This document shows, in pieces, positions 18,425 through 33,400 of a stretch of 64,000 nt of DNA. Within the stretch, counting starts at the first letter, position 1; each line of letters opens with the position of its first letter. The notes below the pieces were generated by a model. That model did not search any database, was not told where the DNA came from, and worked only from the letters and a program-made list of their open reading frames with translations. The position numbers and the translations under genes were made by a program. The stretch comes from Hormiphora californensis (taxonomy: Eukaryota; Animalia; Ctenophora): contig CM035357.1 of assembly GCA_020137815.1 (NCBI GenBank), positions 7,130,001-7,194,000 on the forward strand. The letters are read 5' to 3'.

Positions 18425-20840
18425 CTATAGACCACCTTGAACGGAGCAAAACTGGTAATGCTAGGGGCTACAAGGCCATTCTAACTATTACAGACTTACA
18501 TACAAACTATATTTTGGCCAAACCAGTGAAATCAACAAGCGCTGAAGAAACTTTGAAAATTTTAATTAACGACTGGATTGCTAGATGTGGAGTACCACGG
18601 AAAATTTTAACTGATAGGGGTACTGGTTTTACTTCTAAACTCTTCAACACTATCCTCACTTTGTTTGGAACAAAAATTAAACACGGGGTACCATTTAAAT
18701 CTACTACTTATGGGGCTGTTGAATCTCAAAACAAACGATTAAACTCAATTATTAGACTTAGTCTCAATAGAGAACAACAGGACAACTATGACCAATACTT
18801 ATCAATGCTAAACTTTACTCTAAACTCTCTTAAATGTACGAAAACAGGTTATAGTGCTAACTATCTGGTTTATGGGAGGGAGCTGACCGCTCCTAGAGAC
18901 TTATTTCTGTCTGATGATGACAGGTTAGACTCTCTAAAAACAAAACTGGTTCCGGAAGGAAACAACACGATACAACTACAAGCTTATAACATGTACAAAA
19001 ATATGACTGAAATAACACGGAAAGTGGTTATAAACTCACAGAGGAAGGCCAAATATATGAAAACTGCATATGATAAACATGCTAATGGGCACAAATTTAA
19101 CGTGGGAGACTATTGCTTGTTGCTCATTGAACCAAGACCGATGAAATGGTTTTCCAGATGGGAAGGACCTTTCAAAATAACACAAGTTCTCTCAACACAC
19201 AACTATATTGTAGACGTTAATGGTACGCAACAGGTTACAAACTTGGGAAAAATGAAAACTTACAAACCAAACAAGTATACAAGAACCAGAGACACAGATC
19301 AGGGGAAAAACAAGGAAAACAAAACTAGAAAGAGTAGAACAACAACTAAATCACCGGAAGAAAGCGACTCTTCAAGTGATGACGATGATGGAGCACCGTT
19401 TCCTCCACGGAAAAACAGACAGATGGATAAACAGGTTACCTTTGATAGAACGGTGAGGCTGGATTCAGGAGATGAGCAAGGTGCTGGGGTCTCAACTTCT
19501 GATAATGAATCTGTTGCGAGTACTTCGGGTGCACATGAGGCTGCACAAAGTGAAACTCGATCTGAAACAGAGGGAATCTCGAATTCTGGCGGTGAATCTG
19601 TTACGAGTAGTTCGGGTGCACATGATGCTGCACAAGGTGAAACTCGACCTGAAACAGAAGGGGTTCAGAAGAGGACGTCTGGAAGGGAAAGGAAAGAACC
19701 GGATAGACTAAATTACTCTAAACTTGGGGGTGAAAACGCCAAAACAACTTCAGAAACTAACACCACAACTTCTCCTGAAACTGACACACAAACTACGGCT
19801 ATGAACGAGTCTTCAATGAGTGATCAATTCTTCGATGCGGATGAAGGTGACACCACCATGGTGGAAGACAGTTCTATTGAAACAGAGGTAGCAACTAGCA
19901 GTGAACAAACCGTACCTGAGCAGATGAGTCCAACTCCAAGTCGACCTCGGAGTTCTTCCATCAGTAATGACAGCCCAGGACGTACATCACTAGAAACGAT
20001 GAGGGGAACCCAGTTGGATAGGGGCGTGTTCCCGAATGGACGACTCCAAGATGAACGTGGTGGATCAAGTCGTAATTCTCTTCTCAAAACGCCTGAAAAG
20101 TTAATGAAGAAAGGTTGGGGAGCAGTAACAGGAAAGCGGAAAAAGTAACTCACTGAGGTAAAGTGTGAGGAGGCTGGTTGGTAACTGGAGAGCGTTGTTA
20201 TCTGATGAAATTGGAAACCAGTTGCAGTTGAGGAACCTACCAAACCGGTTTTGGGAGAACATATCCGCTAAAGAACAACACAGGCGTTGGAATGCTATCA
20301 CAGGTATGTGTCTGCTACAGAGGGGCACCTTGTATGCTATTGATACTTACCAAACTTAGTGATCTAAAACTCAATCCCTGTTCTGAACTTAACGGATCAA
20401 CTTTGTGAATCTCTGGGGAGATTAAACCTCCAGTTGGGAGGAATGTCACTGTTGGTTGTGACGGGTTGTTGATGAAAACTTTGAAAATCGACAACTGGTG
20501 TAGAATAAAACAAGAAAAACTGGAATTGAAACTGCAGTTGAAGAACAAGCTTGTTCCACTCCTGAGGAACCATCTCCTCGTTTACGTTGTTGCATGGAAA
20601 AGATGCTTGGAAATCTTTTGGTTGAACTGGCCGGATAGAACAAACATGGAATTGGAAAAACAAATCAAACCAATAACAATCTCAAACTCAATCTTTAACT
20701 TTATCTCAAATTCAATTTTGAACTCAAACTCAAAACTCTCAGACTCAGAATAAACCAAAACTCAAATATAGACTTGGCTTTTAAGACCTTCATCTGGTTC
20801 TAAAAACCAGACAAAGCTCTTTTTTGTTGGTAGAAGGATT

Positions 20841-21568
20841 TGCTATATGCACTATTATTCACTATGAACTTCACTATAACATACTTTGTTCACACGTCAT
20901 TTTTCGACTTCTTTATTCAACCGAGTATTTAGAACTACCTTTATCAAACCTTCTTTTTGAGTATGTGTTATGTGTGGGAGCGTCAATGGAAATAACTGGA
21001 TTAAACGAGAAGCATCAACTTATCGTGTGATGGAAGTGAGAGTGCGAGAGAGTATCTTAGAGTCTATATGTGTGTCTAATACTGAGGTCATTCACTTGAC
21101 CCGTCCCCACAATAGCAGAAGAAGAGGAAGCACTTGGTCACCCTGTTTAAACCTTCTCGGAGAACTGATAACCTGATAAATCGTGAGAACCTTGATAATT
21201 CACCATCCTGACCTGCATGTCACGCGGGCTATGAGGACCGATAATGGCCAGTATTTATACGAGAGCAAGCCACGACATCCTCGGCTTTTTAGCAGCATCC
21301 TTACTCCTTTGTCTTCATCTTCCAAACGTTGACAACGTTCTCTCCAGAAGAAGGACAATAGAAACAGAACTCTTTGTGACTACCTTTAGTGCTATTGCAG
21401 TGTGCTTATTGGGACCCTTGATTCTGTCTTACTTATTCTTATTTCGTTTGGTTATCTCTGTCTTTTGAGCATTACCCAAACCTATCCATACTAACTAATA
21501 CCTCACACTTCACCCATAACTACAATATCCACAAACCCTCGATCCGGCACGTTCCAATCGCTATAACA
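20841..21568 (+). repeat. 3' LTR
   Basis: Direct repeat of the 5' LTR (offset 8504), no differences seen by eye. Preceded by purine-rich GGTAGAAGGA. Confidence 0.95.
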
Positions 21569-22714
21569 CTGTCTTTCTCATTGGCCACTGGCAGCGCTGG
21601 TGCGGTCTTTTTTCCATTTATGACATGTCTTAAACAGAGACACCATAGTTTTAGTAAAATCCAGGTATCATTAAGGAAAACTCCAGAACTTTCCTCTGGC
21701 CCTCTCGTTATAAGACACTTGGATATTATCGGGATGATATCTGTGGACCGGGGATGTTAATGTGCAGTATATTTCACCTCATGGGGTCTGATACAACAGA
21801 AACACCAGCCCCCTCCCGGCCCCCACATAGTCTCCTGCCTGTCTGACTCTTCCCTTTTCTCAGAATGAATATAACGGGAAGTGATACAAGATGGAGACGA
21901 TACAATGTATCATGCATTGAACATTTTGGAATGAACAATCAAAATGCTCGTGTCTATATCAGCTATCTGAGCTATCCGAGTCTATCTACAGGTTATATGG
22001 GAGTGTCAGTATAACGTATCGTCTGGGTTTCTTTAGGCTTCTACCCAGTTTTGTGCAGTATCTGCAGATATATTATCAATTGATTGTGGGATAAAACGAT
22101 ATTGTGATTCTCATGATATAAGGGTCGAAGATATATATGGACCCTCGACAGTTGGCAATTACTACTATTTTGTTCAAACCTTGGGCACAGAGTGAGAGCA
22201 AGATTGAATCTGCCACGAAAGGATGATGACTTTTTACATTTACACGTTGTGTTTTGTGCTACATCATGTGTGAATGCTACTCCTGTGCAGTAAGTGTGTT
22301 TGTTTGCTCACTTCCTGCATATAATGAAAGAGAGACGGAGGGAGAGAGAGAGAGAGAGGAGAGAAGACGATGAGAGAGGGGAGATAGGAGAATGAAGATG
22401 AGGAGAAGATAAGAGAAGAGAGCCATAGAGATAGAGCGGAGGAGGATGATCTAGGACGGCTTATCTCTCTCCCGATCCTATCACTCCGCCCCCAAGGGAA
22501 CAAGAAAAAGAGATAGAAAGGCCTTCATTGCTTCTCTCTTGACGTTTTATCAGCCTGACGACACCAAAGACGATGGAAAGCTCTAAATAAAGTATCATAT
22601 TGAAGGTTGGAGAACAAAAAACCCCCCCCCCTTTTAACCCAAATTCTTCTTTTCCTTCTTTTCCCCCCCAAATTTTGCCCCCCCCAAAAAAAATTCTTTG
22701 AAATTTTGGGGGCA

Positions 22715-22814
22715 NNNNNNNNNNNNNNNNNNNNNNNNNNNNNNNNNNNNNNNNNNNNNNNNNNNNNNNNNNNNNNNNNNNNNNNNNNNNNNNNNNNNNN
22801 NNNNNNNNNNNNNN
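22715..22814. other. Assembly gap (100 N)
   Basis: Run of N; low-quality homopolymer-rich sequence immediately before it. Confidence 0.99.
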
Positions 22815-24680
<1,866 letters not shown>

Positions 24681-26304
24681 GAGAGAAAGAGAGAGAAAGA
24701 GAGATATAGAAAGGCACTTGCTTCTACTCATTGAACGTTTTATCACGCCTGGACGACACGAGAGAGACGATGGAAGAAGCTCTAATAATGTATCGAAATT
24801 GAAGGTTGGTAGACACTAAACATCTCTCTCACTATCTCTCTCTCTCTCACTATCTCACTATCACATCTAAACTATCACTCTTTAACCATCTCTATTACCA
24901 TCTCTTTATATTAGTCTCTCACAACCGTTCGTGTTGAGACTACCGGTAAATGATCAACATCAAATGTCAATAAACACACATGAACAGCCGGTAAAGCAAT
25001 AAATCCTGGCGTAGTGACAATGATTAAATGTGTAACGGGGAGTATTACACAAACCGGGTGAGGGGGGGGGGGGTATTAAAGTTACATAGAAAATATCAAA
25101 TATCGTAAACAAAGAATGATTATGTTACACCAAGTGTTGGGGAGCATGTACTCATTATGTAGACCAAGTTATTACCTGTTACTAGTTTCGTGTTGAGGTG
25201 GTAGTGGTAGTGTAGTTGCACAACTTTCTCTAACGCCAGATCAACGTTACTGAAACAGAAAGGTGTTAGGGTCACTTCAGTTCAGGGGGGGGGGGGGATA
25301 CAGAGAAATGAATTGTTTCTGACAGAAAGAAAGAGAAGAATGAAAGATCAAAGAGTGGAAATGATGAAGGGTGGAATGATGATTTGGGGAGTGGTGATGT
25401 AACACGTCGAGATCATTTGAACGGTCGAAAGGGTGAAAGATGAAAAGTCTTTGATCTAAATGAAATGAACCAATCTGAGATGGATACAGTAGATGATGAA
25501 TCACCATTAGTGATGCAGCACACCATGTATTGAGCCATGTTCATTTCCAGCATCAGACAGAACATGATGTATAACATGTGTCCCCCCCCTTAGGGTTGGC
25601 AGATGTACATCCCAGGTGGCATATCAGTCTCTCTCACTCTTTCTCTCTCTATCTGTCTATCTTTCTTTCTCTCTCAATGGCTGTCGCTCGTCTCAAACTT
25701 CCTCTCTTTTTCCTTCTCTCTCTCTCTCTCTCTCTGTGTTCAAGTTTAGTCTCGAATGGTGCATTGTAAATGTGTAACAATGTTACATCGGGAGCAGGTA
25801 AATATTTGCGGATAAAAACCACTGGGAGAGAGGAATATATCGAGAAGAGAAAGAGAGAGGAGATAGAGAGGGAAAGAGAAAATAGAGAGAGAGAGAGAAA
25901 TATTCCGCTAATTGGGCCAAGCTGCACTTGTTATTGCAGGGAAGTAATTTACGGATAAAAGCCATTCTCTGGTTACCATCCGTCGGCTAATTTCGTGTCG
26001 GCAAGTCCACGACAAAAATGTATGAGATAAGTGAGAGGAGATCGAGAGAGGTTAGAGGTAAAGAGACAGAGAAAGAAGTAAGAAAGCGAGAAGGAGAGAT
26101 AGAAAGAGAGACATATCATAGATAGAAGGTTGTGACCGTATGCATGTTAGTAGCAGCTGCATAACGCATACCGTGTTGTGAGTGGTGTAAAGCATGCAGC
26201 TGCTCTAATATTTTATATCTTATTCACTCAGTATCTCTCTACCTCACACAGCACACTCCACCAAGTAACACAACTAATTGCGATGACAGATAATCAGAAC
26301 TTAC

Positions 26305-26480
26305 TGTAGAGGTACATCCTTTCCTTCCCCTTCCTTCTCCCCTTCGCCGTCACGTCCCTCTCTGAAGAAACTTATTTAGGATAATTTCTATCAGCTTTGA
26401 AACACTTCAAAATGTAGGTTCAGTACTGAAATCATCTCCCCCAGACAACTAGGTAGGTTGACACACAAACTTACTGTAAA
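26305..26480 (-). other. Possible 5' exons of a minus-strand gene running leftwards
   Basis: Donor GTAAG at 26474, acceptor TTTCAG ending 26426, exon ending ATG TAC CTC TAC A|GTAAG at 26305. No downstream coding exon could be linked confidently (one candidate at 2563-2500). Confidence 0.25.
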
Positions 26481-27437
26481 GCCAATAAGGCTCTATCCAG
26501 GAGTTCAATATAGACATCCCGCGAGCTCTTTTTCCCTGGTTTTGCATCAAGGGCCGTGGTAGACTGATAACATGACCTTTCAATATGGACTTGCCGAACC
26601 GACATAGCACACTACGGCATCTAATCTAACAGACAGCGATAAGTTAGGAGAGTTGCACAAACAATACAAAATTTATCCAGTAGATTTGAGAGAGATCAAG
26701 GATGCAAGTCAAATTTTAAGCCCACCCAGTGGCTTTCAGGGCGCAGCCTGCCTCCCGGACAGCGGACTTGACAATGGCGTTAAATGCCAAGCGCGGTACA
26801 TAGAATTATTAATAGAGAAATCCAAATGAAAGCGACAAATCCAGTGCAACAGCGGAAATGACACCGTTTACGATTCTGTAATGAAGTTTATTTATCAAAT
26901 TCGGGAGCACGAAACGAAAAGCTGAACAATCAACAAAAGTGTCAGGCAAAAAATTAAAAATGAAAAAGCAAAAACGGAGTTCAGCCAGATGAATTTTTTC
27001 GATGAGCGCATTTTTTTGAATATTGTACGCGCGCGAGCTAAATATACCGCGCGCCGCGTCAACTTAAAACAAAAGTAAAATTGCGCGTGCTAAAACGAGC
27101 GAAACTAATGAAGACGTCAAAGAAACAAGTTTAGCATTATCATCAAAAGTTCAATTAACATTTTTGAGCTATAAAACGAATAAATAAGCTTCTGTTATTA
27201 CTGAAAAAGACTAAAAATGAATTATAAAATACTTTTATATCGAAGTGATTGCTGAAATGATGAACTTTCATATTGACAAAAAACCGCGCGCAATCCGTCA
27301 CTACAGTTCATCTTTGCGGTGGCATTCCATCTGCTTTATTTTGGTGATATATTCAGACTTCATATCCATTATATTCAGTTCCATTCTGCAATACTTTCCT
27401 ACTCAGAAGTGCGTCATGATAAATGCCCTAACACGTT

Positions 27438-30400
27438 TCAGTAGTCATTGAGTGATAGCAAAGAATAGATTGCCATTCTCTGTAAATCCTCCTGCTCCTG
27501 AAGATTCAGGGCTATTTTCTCCATGACAATGTAATATCGGTATAGTAGCTCCTTGGGCCAAGCCACCTCAGGTAGCTTATTGGGATCATCCAGAGCCTCC
27601 ATATTCGCTTGTAACATCTTCTCCCACTCAACCTCACTCGTGGTGTGGATGATAGCATTTGAGGCTGTATCCCTGGAGAGTAGAGAGGGGAGTAGAGAGG
27701 GGAGTGGAGAGGGGAGTAGAGGGAGGGGAGTAGAGAGGGGAGTGGAGAGGGGAGTGGAGAGGGGAGTAGAGGGAGGGGAGTAGAGGGAGGGGAGTAGAGA
27801 GGGGAGTAGAGGGAGGGGAGTAGAGAGGGAGTAGAGAGGGGAGTGGAGAGGGGAGTAGAGGGAGGGGAGTAGAGGGGGAGGGGAGTAGAGAGGGGAGTAG
27901 AAGGAGGGGAGTAGAGAGGGAGTAGAGAGGGGAGTAGAGGGAGGGGAGTAGAGAAGGGAGTAGAGAGGGGAGTAGAGAGGGAGTAGAGAGGGAGTAGAGA
28001 GGGGAGATTATGAACACAGAGAATTGTAGATAGCTGCAATGTCTACTCATCCTAGACAAACTAACAAATAACGTACGATTCTTGGCTAATAACAGGTGAC
28101 AGGTTCCCCGAACTATGCCCACTATTCTGCTCAGCAAGATTCATCTCTTCCAGAAGCTCTAAACGTGCCAGCTCCTTTGCTTCTTCAGCCATGGCGTTAT
28201 CATGTTCAGCAGTGATCTCACGAGATATGTCTTGGAAGTTGTTTACTGAAATTATAGGAGAGATAGTTGGATAGTTGGATACCCGACAATTGTTGGTCCC
28301 AGACTGGGCCCTTGGTAGCATATCTTGGAGGCACACGACAAACTTGTCCCTGACTCTCATTGCAGTCTCACTGTAGTCATGTACAGTGTAGTGTCATTGC
28401 AGTTCCGATTACAATCAGGACAACAATTTTTCAACTACGTACCCATGATACCCACGAAGATATTCTTGAAGATGAAACTACCGAAGAGAACCCAGAGAAT
28501 AATGTACAGGGTGCTATACAGTTTGTTGTTATCAATCCAGAGCTTCTTCAGCAGAGCATACCACTGATCCATTGTGAACAGTTGGAAGAGTGTTATCATT
28601 GCACGGTATAGATTACTGTGGAGAGAGAACGATAAATAGTTAGGGGATTTGGTATTAGGGTGGTTCAGACTAGGCTGAAAGGGGTAGTAACATGGATTTC
28701 GGCAATCAAAACTCTCCCTCTCTCCCCTGACTTACTCGAAAGCTCCCTGGAATTCTCCAAGTAGAGGGTTCTCTGTTTTGAAGAATACAACTGCCATGAT
28801 AGCGAAAATGTAGGCAATTGATAGGAGGAGCACGAGAATGAACACCATAGATTGGAACGCTTGGAGAATCGTCATGACAATAATTTTCAGTGATCCAAAC
28901 CGGGCTATCTGAAGTGAGCGAGGGTGTTATAGGGTGTTATAGGGTGTTATAGCAGGGGCTGGTAGTGAGACCCCATACTTCGCTGTGTGCTACGCACAAA
29001 CGACTAGCAAATTTGAGTGGGCTGTACGGAAAAGCGTGCTGAGAGAGCAAATAACGGAATTTTTCCAATTTTTTTTCACTGTGGGATTCACAAGGCCGTC
29101 ATCTACAGCCCAGTGAAATCCCGGTGAAAAAAGGTTAATTTCAAGGTTCGCAGTGATCAAAACCGTAAACAACTTCATTTTTCAGATTTCTCCATTTTTG
29201 GGAGGGTAGAGCTCTTTGCCAGACTGTCACTAAAAATTGAGATCAAAAATCGAAAAAAATCGTCAATTGAGTATCTCAAAATTGTCCATTTTATCGATTC
29301 CCGGGTTGTTTGGGACTCCTAGGGCAACCGTCTAGGGTGCAACCTCAAAAAACTTTGAAAATACCGGATTTTTTTGAGCCGGAGAAGTATGGGGTCTCAC
29401 TCTAAGTCACGTGATCTCGTGCTAGAGAGAGCTTGGTATCGCGTGATTAGGCGATTAAGTGAGACCCCATACTCAGTTGTGCACGTATATGTATGTATCT
29501 CTCTCTCTCCCCTTCGTCTAGATGCCATTCTCACTTCTTGAATGTAGTGTTGCACACACAAGAGGGGGGACCCTTCACCCAGTCGATCTGTTCAGAGCAG
29601 GTGCAGTAGCCGCACATAAAAAACAAAAATTAGTTTATATCAAAGCAAAATTCACTTTACCCGACTAATTTTGATACGCTGAATCACATGAGCAACATTT
29701 CAAAGTCCTCAGAGGTGGGGAAATTTCCCTAATTGAGTATAATTGGGCATAAGATGGGGATAATTGAGCCTATAGTTTACCAATCTTCTCCTTTTCATAT
29801 TTTATTGATGGTAGATACTCCTCCGACCCTACTATTTACCCCATCAGAAATCCTTCAGGACCTTCTAGACACCCATCATGTCATGTAGACTGAACGTGAC
29901 TAGCAGGGTCTGCTTTCTGAGGGGACGTTATAGTAGGATAACTTACTACCTTTTCATTTGTTGATGCTAGATGTTCAGTCTGACCATACCCATCATGTCA
30001 GAGTGAGTGAGTGAGTGAGTGAGTGAGTGAGTGAGTGAGTGAGTGAGTGAGTGAGTGAGTGAGTGAGTGAGTGAGTGAGTGAGTGAGTGAGTGAGTGAGT
30101 GAGTGAGTGAGTGAGTGAGTGAGTGAGTGAGTGAGTGAGTGTGAGAGAGAGAGAGAGGAGAGAGAGAAAGGCAGTAAGTTATCCTACTACACACCCCTCG
30201 GAAAGCAATCAATCAATCAATCAATCAAAACTGCCGCTGGCAGTGGCATGTGCCGAAATCAAATATATAATATCAAGAAAACCAGCCACACTGGACAAAA
30301 CTGGGTGGGGATACAGGGTGACGCATCAAGGCTAATAACACGAAGACGGGTAAGGTCTTTTGTGTGCGTTTACCAGGATGCCCCACCCTGGTACCCACCG

Positions 30401-33400
30401 TGTCCGAACAATATGTTTCACACTTCAAAGGTAATAATGGTAAATAGAAATTCTGTAAAATGAAGTGAATATGTAGTGGTTTATCAAAGCTCATGTCTCC
30501 CTCTCTCGTTCTCATTCTCGCCCGAGCACAAGAACATACACGAAATAGCAGCTCAGTCTCTCCCCTTCTCACACATAAAATCACTCACTCATTGATCTCG
30601 ATAACAGATCCTCTCCTGATTCTAAAAACCTTCTCTGGCTCTTTCTCCCTCTTCTCTCTCATTCTGGCAACAAGATCCCTCCTTTCAGTCCTTTCCTCTA
30701 CAGTTCTGTCAGGGGAAATATACACAGACTGATAAGTATCGGAGTCCTTCAGCTGAGCAGATTTGCCCAAAATGGTCCTAGCTACTTCCCTGCTCCTCAA
30801 TACCACACGAACAGGACGCACATGCTCATCACGCCTCCTCCCCAGTCTATCAACCTCCACCAAAACAGGTGCCTCTGCCAAATTCTGAAACAATTCCTTT
30901 ACCCTGGTAGAGTCGCTGTCATCATTGTTCTCGGTTAGTCCATAGACTATCAGATTCGCAGATCGGTCAACTGTGGCGCTGGCCAGGGCAGCACGTATCT
31001 TGGTGGGAGCTAGAGCAGATACACACGTCTGCTTCATGTTGGTAGCAGCGGTCTGAAGGGCAGATGAATAGCTGTTCATTTCCTCTTTTACAACAGTCTG
31101 GACAGCATTGATGCTACTCTCCAGTTGAGAATCCTTCATCGAGATAATGGAGTCTTTTAGGGCACTAATCTCTTCTTGAAGGGTGATCATTTTCCTGTCA
31201 CGCTCCAGTAGCTCGTCCTTGACAGTGTCGAGACGGTCTCTGGTGTGCTCTAAGTGTCCCAGTAGTTTCTCTACCTTCTCCTTAGACTCGTCAAGATTTG
31301 GTTTCTCTTCCACTAGCTCATACTGTTTTCTAGCTAACTTCGACAGTGGCAGAGCTCGGAACCAAAGTAGACCGGCCATGTCTTGCAATCAACTTTACCT
31401 TCTTGTTGGTGTCAAGACTCGATAGTTTGCTGGTAGTAATCTTGTTAGGATCAAATTCACCACCCTCCTTGTTGGAGTCAGGGTAGCCCCCGATTCTTCT
31501 CATAGTAGCCAGGATTGAGGTCTCTAGCCGGATGAAGTCCGCTACGCCTGCATTGTCGCCAGGAACTGAATGTTGCCATGTTGAGAACGCTCGATCCATC
31601 TGGAACTGGTTGGCCAGTACAGGTGTACTGGGTCAGGAACACTAGCAGTTGTACAAGTATGCAGAGCGCTGCTCGAGATACAAAATAGATAAGAGAAATG
31701 TGAGAAGTGAGATAAGAGAAATGTGAGAAGTGAATAAGAGAAATGTGAGAAGCAGACCCTGCTAGAAGAAGCAGACCCTGCTAGATCAGCCCCCCCCCCC
31801 CCCCAGATCTTTCCCCCCAGATCTTTCGGAAAAGGCTATCTTTACACAAAAGCTTACGCTGCCGCTTGTAGTGGCATTACCGTAATTATGGAATTACAGT
31901 AATAAGACTCAGACTTTGCATAACGCGCGGCAAAAAGTGCTTGTGTTCAGCAAGTACTAGTGCACTGATTGAACAAGCTTGCACGTCTTTTACCGTATCT
32001 CTGTTTTCTATTACCGTTTTCCCACTACAAGCGACTGGGTAACACTTGGTTACGAAATAACCCCTCTAAAGAGGTCTCGAACTTTGCACGCTGGCAAGGG
32101 AGGGGTTACTTCGTTACCAAAGCTAACACGTCATTCTTGTGATGCAGGGTTCATTTTATGAAGATTGAGCTCCTCTTGCGATTAACCAAGATTGTGAAAA
32201 ATTTTTCCAGTTTTTGAACAGTCATTAGTCGTGGGAACACCTGGTATACTACGCGTTGCATTGTGCGGACCCCCCTGTCGACCGATATAATGGGGACGCG
32301 TTTATTTATATAGACTAATGGCTGTCCTTTCATTGGTCCCTTACCAGTTATCCCCCGATAATTACGCTGTTCAGACTCTCTTCGGCTCTCCGGATCTCCC
32401 ACAAAAACAGTTAAATACCACAGCATAGGGATCTCAGACTCAAATCTCAGCGGCGTTTATTTTACGGTGGGTTTTTTAGTGCCCAAACGAGAGCGCGTGG
32501 CGAGAAAGCTGAGTAGAGAGAGAGCGACGCGCGATAGCGGAGCGAGAGCGCGCAGAGAGCGAGAGACAGAAAGAGAGGAGGAGGAGCGGACGCGCGAGAG
32601 AGAGATCGCGTCGCGCTATCGCACTCTCTATCTCTGAGCGCTATCGCGCGCTCGCTCCGCGATCTGCGCGGCAGCGCGCGCGAGCGCGCGCGCGCGACGT
32701 GAGCGCGCGCGCTCCAGCTGCGACGAGAGACGACCGCGAGCGCGCGCGAGCAGAGCGCGAGAGCGGCTAGCCAGCGTCGCCGCGAGAGACGAGTAGAAAC
32801 GTCGAGTTCTCCCTATCTGCTTATTGTCTCCTCGCTCTCTCTTCTCTCTTATCTCTCTCTCTCTCCTCTCTCTCTCCCGTCCCTCAAGTCCCCCGATAAT
32901 TACGTTGTTCAGACTCTCTCGGCTCTCCGGCTCTCCCAAAAACAGTTAAATACCACAGCATAGGGATTTCAGACTCGAATCTCAGCGGTTTATTTTGCGT
33001 TTTTTATAACCAAGCTTTGCTTTTTAAAATTTCCATTTTTAACCAAGCCCTATTTGCCCTATTGAGAGTCTCCAGTAATACCTAATTTCCCATCAGTATG
33101 GTGATGTTGATATTTCTACTGCTCTATTGCGTGTCAAGTCCAGTCTCATCTGATGTTGTCACTGAACCAGCAACTACTTCGGAGGATGATTGGAGTGGGG
33201 GCCACTGGGGGACCTCCAGACTGGTCTCGGAGCAACATTCTAGTTATAGTATTACTACAACTAGTACTATTAGTACAACAAGTCCAATCAAGTCCAATCA
33301 AGTCCAATTCCAATCAAGTCCAATCCTCATCTGCAAGCTGGTGGAAATCAATGGGTATCTACACGAGAAATGCAAAAAGGGTAATAGCAATACTGTTGTT

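Larger units (their letters stand above)
14101..20148 (+). pseudogene. pol: Pol polyprotein (PR-RT-RNaseH-IN) interrupted by a 1405-bp insertion
   Basis: Protease LVDTGAS, RT (PWNSPVFLV, FLDD), RNase H (IDTS...LEFYG...TDC), integrase HHCC (H..H..CLNC) and D..D..E core. Removing 17020-18432 restores CIAID|HLERSK in frame. Confidence 0.92.
12337..21568 (+). mobile_element. Full-length Ty3/gypsy LTR retrotransposon
   Basis: Two 728-bp TG...CA LTRs, 4-bp TSD CTGT (12333-12336, 21569-21572), gag then PR-RT-RH-IN order, empty site at ~23783. Confidence 0.96.
29900..31784. mobile_element. MITE with ~50-bp TIRs around a (GAGT)n tract; right TIR split by a LINE-like insertion
   Basis: Left TIR CTAGCAGGGTCTGCTTTCTGAGGGG...TAGTAGGATAACTTACT. 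Right TIR AGTAAGTTATCCTACTA...CCCCTCGGAAAGCA | insertion | GCAGACCCTGCTAG. Confidence 0.6.

Noticed and set aside
22600-22714. Homopolymer-rich ORF next to the gap
   Set aside because: Looks like a low-quality read end.
32485-32880. CG/GA-rich tract as a CpG island or an Arg/Ala-rich ORF
   Set aside because: Irregular low-complexity sequence between two copies of a direct repeat; probably a degraded microsatellite or local misassembly.
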